NCBI GenBank assembly: GCA_946404215.1 | Contig: CAMJCT010000001.1 | Span: forward strand, 128,031 to 192,030 | DNA: 64,000 nucleotides | Origin: an uncultured Clostridium sp. | Lineage (GTDB): Bacteria > Bacillota > Clostridia > TANB77 > CAG-508 | Direction of reading: 5' to 3' | In this document: positions 59,556 to 64,000 of the stretch, one piece after another | How the letters are laid out: each line of letters begins with the position of its first letter | Position numbering within the stretch: the first letter of the stretch is position 1 | Translations under genes and position numbers: made by a program | Notes under the pieces: model-generated | Databases searched by the model: none | Told to the model about the DNA's origin: nothing | Seen by the model: the letters and a program-made list of their open reading frames with translations, nothing else

Positions 59556-59864
59556 TTATAACTCATTTAATAATTCTTTTTTATCTCTTACACCTACAAA
59601 AGTTTTATCAACTTTACCATTTTTCATAATAATTATTGTAGGTATACTCATAATTCCGTATTGCATTGCTAAATCTTGATTTTCGTCTACATTTACCTTT
59701 CCAACTTTTATACTGTCTGATTTTTCTTCTGCAATTTGGTCTATAATTGGAGACATCATTTTACATGGTCCACACCAATCTGCATAAAAATCTATTAAAA
59801 CTGGTTTATCTGATTTCATAACCTCTTCTTCATAATTTTCGCTTGTTATTTTTAAAACACTCAT
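59556..59864 (-). CDS. trxA: Thioredoxin
   Basis: WCGPCK active site, 102 aa. Confidence 0.95.
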   Translation of the reverse strand: MSVLKITSENYEEEVMKSDKPVLIDFYADWCGPCKMMSPIIDQIAEEKSDSIKVGKVNVDENQDLAMQYGIMSIPTIIIMKNGKVDKTFVGVRDKKELLNEL

Positions 59865-59896
59865 ACTATTTCCTCCTTAAACTTTTACTAATTATA

Positions 59897-60781
59897 TTAT
59901 ATATTTTTCATTTTATCAATATTCATTTCTCTAACATCTTTTATTATTTGCAATGCTGCTTTTGTTCCTTCATATACCGATTTTGACACCTGCAAAATTC
60001 CTCCTGTGCAATCCCCGCATGCATACAATCCTTTGATATTTGTTTCCATATTTTCATTTACTACTATTTCATTCTTTTTGGTTATTGCACCCAACTTTCT
60101 GGCAAATTCTATACTCCCTGCTACTCCTTGTGCAATAAAAATTCCATCTGTTTTTAATTTAGAGCCATCTTTAAATTCAATTTCATTTACTCTATCATTT
60201 CCAAGAATCCCTTTTATAGGTTTTGTATCTATTTGAACATTATCTGCTCTAAATTCTGGCGCCCTTTCCCCATTTGTTAATATACTTATTCTATTTGCTA
60301 CATTTATTAATTCATTGGTTTCAGATAAAGCATAATTTCCGCTACCTATTACTACAACATTTCTATTTCTATAGAAAAACGCATCACACACAGCACAATA
60401 ACTAACGCCCTTTCCTTCGAATTCTTTTATTCCTTTTATATCTGGTTTTTTCTTTTTGCTTCCTGTAGCTAAAACAAGTGTTTTTGCAGCATACTTTCCC
60501 ATGTTAGTTGTTATCTGAAATCTATCTTGTATAATTTCTATCTTTATTACTTCTTCTTTTTTTAGGTCTATTCCAGTATTTTTAGCTTGCTGTATTCCCG
60601 ACTCATATAAATTTTTTCCACTTATTCCATTTTCAAATCCATAATAGTTTTCTATTTTTTCTGCTTTTTCAAGCGACGATTCTTCATTATATATTATTAA
60701 TGTTTTTAAGTTTGCCCTTCTAGTATATAAACCTGTAGATATTCCTGCAGGTCCAGCACCTATTATAATAACATCATACAT
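59897..60781 (-). CDS. Thioredoxin-disulfide reductase family flavoprotein (short form)
   Basis: GAGPAG FAD motif, CAVCD redox pair, second Rossmann GSGNYA; adjacent to trxA. Confidence 0.75.
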   Translation of the reverse strand: MYDVIIIGAGPAGISTGLYTRRANLKTLIIYNEESSLEKAEKIENYYGFENGISGKNLYESGIQQAKNTGIDLKKEEVIKIEIIQDRFQITTNMGKYAAKTLVLATGSKKKKPDIKGIKEFEGKGVSYCAVCDAFFYRNRNVVVIGSGNYALSETNELINVANRISILTNGERAPEFRADNVQIDTKPIKGILGNDRVNEIEFKDGSKLKTDGIFIAQGVAGSIEFARKLGAITKKNEIVVNENMETNIKGLYACGDCTGGILQVSKSVYEGTKAALQIIKDVREMNIDKMKNI

Positions 60782-60794
60782 GCCTTTTCTCCCC

Positions 60795-61616
60795 CTATTT
60801 TATAAAATCTTTTAAAATATTTAGATTGGCATCTTCATTAGTTAACACAATATCAAATTTATTTTTATATATTTTTAAATTTTCTTTTATCTTTTTATTT
60901 AGTATTCCTATTTTTATAGTATTATGCCACTCTTTTTCTGACACCATCTTCTCATCTTCACATAAATCGCCAACTAAGATTTTATATTTTCTTTTTTTAA
61001 TTATATTTATTATATTTTGCGGTATATGCTCTTCCATTTTTTTATTTAAGCTATGTATTATTTTTGTATTATCAAATTGTAGCATATTTCCTTTTGAATC
61101 AAAACTTATAAAATTACTAATAATGTAAATGTTTTCTGAATAGCAATTATTATCTTTTAAGAATATTTCTATTACGTTTCCTATACCTGCAGATAAAACT
61201 ATAATTGGAATGTTTTCTTCATTTGCCTTTTTTAAAAATTCTACAGCACCATCTCTAAAAATCAAATTACTCTCCTCTATAGATTCTTTCATTTTTTCTT
61301 TTGTCATCCCATATTTATAATATAAATTCATACACTTTGAATACCATTCAATCATTTGCTTTTCTTTTTGTTTAAATTCTAAATTATAATCTGATTCTAT
61401 TGGTTCATAATATTTATATAATTCTTCCATCTCTCGTTTACATTCTTTTCCCAACATATGACTACTTGCATCCCAAGAATCTTGGCTATTTGCTGCTGTT
61501 ATAGTTTTATCAAAATCTATTATAATACATACATTTTCTTTGCTCAATTTTAACTTTTCTAATTTATGTGTGTTTATATATTTCATAAATAACTCCTTAC
61601 TTTTATATACTAACAT
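60795..61616 (-). CDS. HAD-superfamily hydrolase (pyrimidine 5'-nucleotidase-like)
   Basis: Motif I IIDFDKTIT (DxDxT); cap domain; motif IV GDLCEDE-like. The start is possibly at a downstream Met. Confidence 0.6.
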   Translation of the reverse strand: MLVYKSKELFMKYINTHKLEKLKLSKENVCIIIDFDKTITAANSQDSWDASSHMLGKECKREMEELYKYYEPIESDYNLEFKQKEKQMIEWYSKCMNLYYKYGMTKEKMKESIEESNLIFRDGAVEFLKKANEENIPIIVLSAGIGNVIEIFLKDNNCYSENIYIISNFISFDSKGNMLQFDNTKIIHSLNKKMEEHIPQNIINIIKKRKYKILVGDLCEDEKMVSEKEWHNTIKIGILNKKIKENLKIYKNKFDIVLTNEDANLNILKDFIK

Positions 61617-61750
61617 TTTTTATTAAATAATACAATAATATTGTTATACAAATTACCTTATGATATAATCGTTATTGGTTAGAAATATATGTATATAATT
61701 AGTTTGATAGTTAAAAACAGAAATATAACAAGAAAGGACAAAAGTTTATT

Positions 61751-63076
61751 ATGAAGAATTTTTTTATCATATTCACAATGAAATTATTGCATTTGAGCTT
61801 AAAAATAGTTAAAAAAAATGGAGGTAATGTTTTAGGTAAAATTTCATATAAATTCAACAATAATATACTTAAGTATTTTAAAATAGATTGTCCTATTATT
61901 GCTGTAACAGCTACAAATGGTAAAACTATGACAAACAATGCTATTAGGTATAGTTTTCAGACCGCGGGGAAAAAAGTTATAAGCAATATTGAAGGAAATA
62001 ACATGGAAACTGGTATAATTTCTACTTTAATAAAAAACTGTAATCTGTTTGGAAAAATACATGCAGACTATTTAGTTTTTGAGGTTGACGAAAGCTATGT
62101 TCCAATAATATTTAAAAAGCTAAAATTAGACACTTTAGTAATTCTTGACTTTTTCCGTGATCAACTAGATAGAAACGGAGAAGTTGAATCATTAATTTTA
62201 AAAATAAATGATTTTTTAAAAACATATAATGGAAATCTAGTGTTAAATAACGATGACCCCAATGTTGCACGATTAGGACAAGCAAACCCTAATAACAAAA
62301 ATATTTATTATTTTAGTGTAGAAAAATATCAGAATGCTACAAAAAACATGAAAGAGGCTGGAGAAGGAAAATTTTGTCCATTTTGTAATACCCGTATAGA
62401 ATATGAATATTATCAATATTCTCATATTGGAAAATTCAAATGTCCTAATTGTAATTATGGTGATAATCCAATTTATAAGCTTGCAACAGATATTAATTTA
62501 AAAGAAAAAACATTTAATGTTGACGGCATAACTTATAAAACTAAATTTAGCAGTATTTATAATATTTATAATTTTGTTGCAATCATTTCTTGTTTAAGAT
62601 TATATGGTATTGATACAGAAATTATAAAAAAATCATTGTCTGAATTTGTTCTTAATAATGGTAGATTAGAAGAATTACTTGTAAAAAATATTCCCACAAC
62701 TATTAACTTAGCAAAAAATCCAACAGGTGCAAATGTTAGTTTAAGAATTCTAAACGAAGATGATACTGAAAAAGAATTATTATTTGTTCTAAACGATAAC
62801 CTAGCAGACGGATGTGATGTTTCTTGGATTTGGGATATAAACTTTGAAAACCTTAATAATGTTTCTAGAATAATAACTTCAGGAAATAGAGCCTACGACA
62901 TTGCAATAAGAATAAAGACATCAGGCTTTGATGATTGTAAAATAGAACCTTATTTAGATTTAAATGAAGCTGTCAACAATTTATATAAAACAGATATAAA
63001 AAAATATGTTATTGCAAATTATACTGCTTTACAAGCAACTAGAAGTGAAATTATTAAAATTCAAAAAAAGATATAA
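61751..63076 (+). CDS. murT: Lipid II isoglutaminyl synthase subunit MurT (Mur ligase family)
   Basis: Mur ligase P-loop VTATNGKTMT, Cys4 ribbon CPFCN...CPNCN, C-terminal DUF1727; AAGAAAGGA RBS. Confidence 0.85.
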   Translation: MKNFFIIFTMKLLHLSLKIVKKNGGNVLGKISYKFNNNILKYFKIDCPIIAVTATNGKTMTNNAIRYSFQTAGKKVISNIEGNNMETGIISTLIKNCNLFGKIHADYLVFEVDESYVPIIFKKLKLDTLVILDFFRDQLDRNGEVESLILKINDFLKTYNGNLVLNNDDPNVARLGQANPNNKNIYYFSVEKYQNATKNMKEAGEGKFCPFCNTRIEYEYYQYSHIGKFKCPNCNYGDNPIYKLATDINLKEKTFNVDGITYKTKFSSIYNIYNFVAIISCLRLYGIDTEIIKKSLSEFVLNNGRLEELLVKNIPTTINLAKNPTGANVSLRILNEDDTEKELLFVLNDNLADGCDVSWIWDINFENLNNVSRIITSGNRAYDIAIRIKTSGFDDCKIEPYLDLNEAVNNLYKTDIKKYVIANYTALQATRSEIIKIQKKI

Positions 63077-63130
63077 AGCATTTTTTAAAATACTTTTAGA
63101 TACTGATTAAGAAAGGATTAAAAGTTAATT

Positions 63131-63874
63131 ATGAAAGAACTAAAAATATTATACTTATATCCAGATATTTTAGAGCTTTATGGAGATTATGGAAATATTC
63201 AAGTTTTAAAATATAGGTTAGAAAAAAGAGGATTCAAAGCTATTATAGAACCTTATTCAATAGGTGATAATGCCCCAGATTTTAAAAAATATGATTTGGT
63301 TTTTGCAGGTGGTGGTGCTGACCAAGAACAAAGTATTTTATCAGAAGATTTACTAAAATATAAAGAAAATATTAAAGAAGCTATTCAAAGTGGTGTATTC
63401 TTTTTGCTTATTTGTGGTGCATATCAGCTATTTGGGAAATACTATAAAGGTGTAGAAGGAAATATTATTCCTGGATTAGAAATATTTGATTATTATACAG
63501 AGGCTATTGAAGATAGAAAAAAAAGATGTATTGGAAATATTATTATAGAAGCAGAATTGAATAAAAAGAAAACCAAAATAATAGGGTTCGAAAATCATGG
63601 TGGACAAACTTTTGATGTAAAATCTCCTTTTGGAAATGTATTGTTCGGAAATGGCAATAAATTGGGAGATAATCAAGAAGGTTTTTTTCAAAATAATGTA
63701 ATTGCTACTTACTTACATGGACCGTTACTTTCTAAAAACCCTGAACTTTCTGATTATATTATTAGATATTGCTTTAAAAGAAAGTATAATGAAGAAATAA
63801 CTTTAGAGCCTCTAAATGATGAATTTGAAAATAAATGCAGACTTCAATTAATTAATAGATTTGATTTAGGGTGA
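63131..63874 (+). CDS. gatD: Lipid II isoglutaminyl synthase glutaminase subunit GatD (CobQ-type GATase)
   Basis: Catalytic Cys in LICGAYQL; His near the C-terminus; partner of murT. Confidence 0.85.
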   Translation: MKELKILYLYPDILELYGDYGNIQVLKYRLEKRGFKAIIEPYSIGDNAPDFKKYDLVFAGGGADQEQSILSEDLLKYKENIKEAIQSGVFFLLICGAYQLFGKYYKGVEGNIIPGLEIFDYYTEAIEDRKKRCIGNIIIEAELNKKKTKIIGFENHGGQTFDVKSPFGNVLFGNGNKLGDNQEGFFQNNVIATYLHGPLLSKNPELSDYIIRYCFKRKYNEEITLEPLNDEFENKCRLQLINRFDLG

Positions 63875-63915
63875 TTTTGGGTGATTTTGGGGACACCTTA
63901 AAAAAACACCTAAAA
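63868..63915 (+). repeat. REP-like element at the 3' end of gatD
   Basis: GGGTGATTTTGGGTGATTTTGGGGACACCTTAAAAAAACACC. Confidence 0.65.
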
Positions 63916-63928
63916 AAAATTTAAAAAA

Positions 63929-63968
63929 CTCCATATGATAATATATGAATATCATATAGAGTTTTTTT
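63929..63968 (+). terminator. Rho-independent terminator of murT-gatD
   Basis: CTCCATATGATA-loop-TATCATATAGAG followed by T7. Confidence 0.7.
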
Positions 63969-64000
63969 AATACGTAAAAAATATTTATCTTTTTAATACA

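Noticed and set aside
1-64000. CRISPR arrays, rRNA or tRNA genes
   Set aside because: No regularly spaced direct repeats with unique spacers were seen, and no rRNA-like conserved blocks or convincing tRNA cloverleafs. The GTTACTGTTCAGTC repeats were checked as possible tRNA fragments and do not fit.

Overview
This is a 64-kb chromosomal segment from a very AT-rich, spore-forming Firmicute (Clostridia-like). Nearly all genes are on the minus strand. The core content is housekeeping: addA (5' part), a P-type ATPase, a heterodimeric ABC exporter, lexA, spoIIQ-like/spoIID, the spoIIAA-spoIIAB-sigF operon, valS and ileS (both with T-box leaders), metK, a cell-wall glycan block (GT2 plus heparinase II/III-like), pfk, mutS, miaB, rpmE, vanW, a dacF-like PBP, ytfJ/DUF2953/scpA/recX/recA, an Opp-type substrate-binding protein, spoVS, ymdB, rny, pta plus two tandem ackA, trmB, rluA, trxA/trxB-like, murT-gatD. 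Three layers of unusual structure sit on top of this. (1) A RAYT (IS200-like HUH transposase) is flanked by inverted REP-like palindromes with a GGGGACACC core, and at least 9 further REP copies are scattered through the window. A second family of ~140-170 bp MITE-like elements with TIR GTTACTGTTCAGTCTTA occurs in 4 copies. (2) An ~8.5-kb accessory island (23.2-31.8 kb) lies between pfk and mutS. It carries a MITE-truncated FGE-like gene fragment, a radical-SAM/SPASM enzyme fused to a REC-like domain, an AAA ATPase, two overlapping small genes, a prepilin-type protein with a C-terminal FGE/C-type-lectin-like domain, a tandem-RHH protein and a CHAP peptidase. The last ~150 bp of the prepilin/FGE gene plus ~200 bp downstream are abruptly GC-rich, which resembles a DGR variable region or a foreign patch. 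(3) Six genes (sigF, pta, mutS, dacF-like, CHAP, prepilin/FGE) each carry a single +1 frameshift that falls exactly on an in-frame CGG codon, in a CGG-A or CGG-C context. About 25 out-of-frame TCCG/CGG sites in intact ORFs show no shift, and no other in-frame CGG codons were found in the long conserved genes. This frame dependence points to a translational recoding or hungry-codon phenomenon at the rare CGG codon rather than random sequencing error, but it needs verification. Ordinary lesions are confined to accessory genes: an in-frame TAA and a homopolymer -1 in the second prepilin gene, and a non-CGG shift in the rSAM gene.
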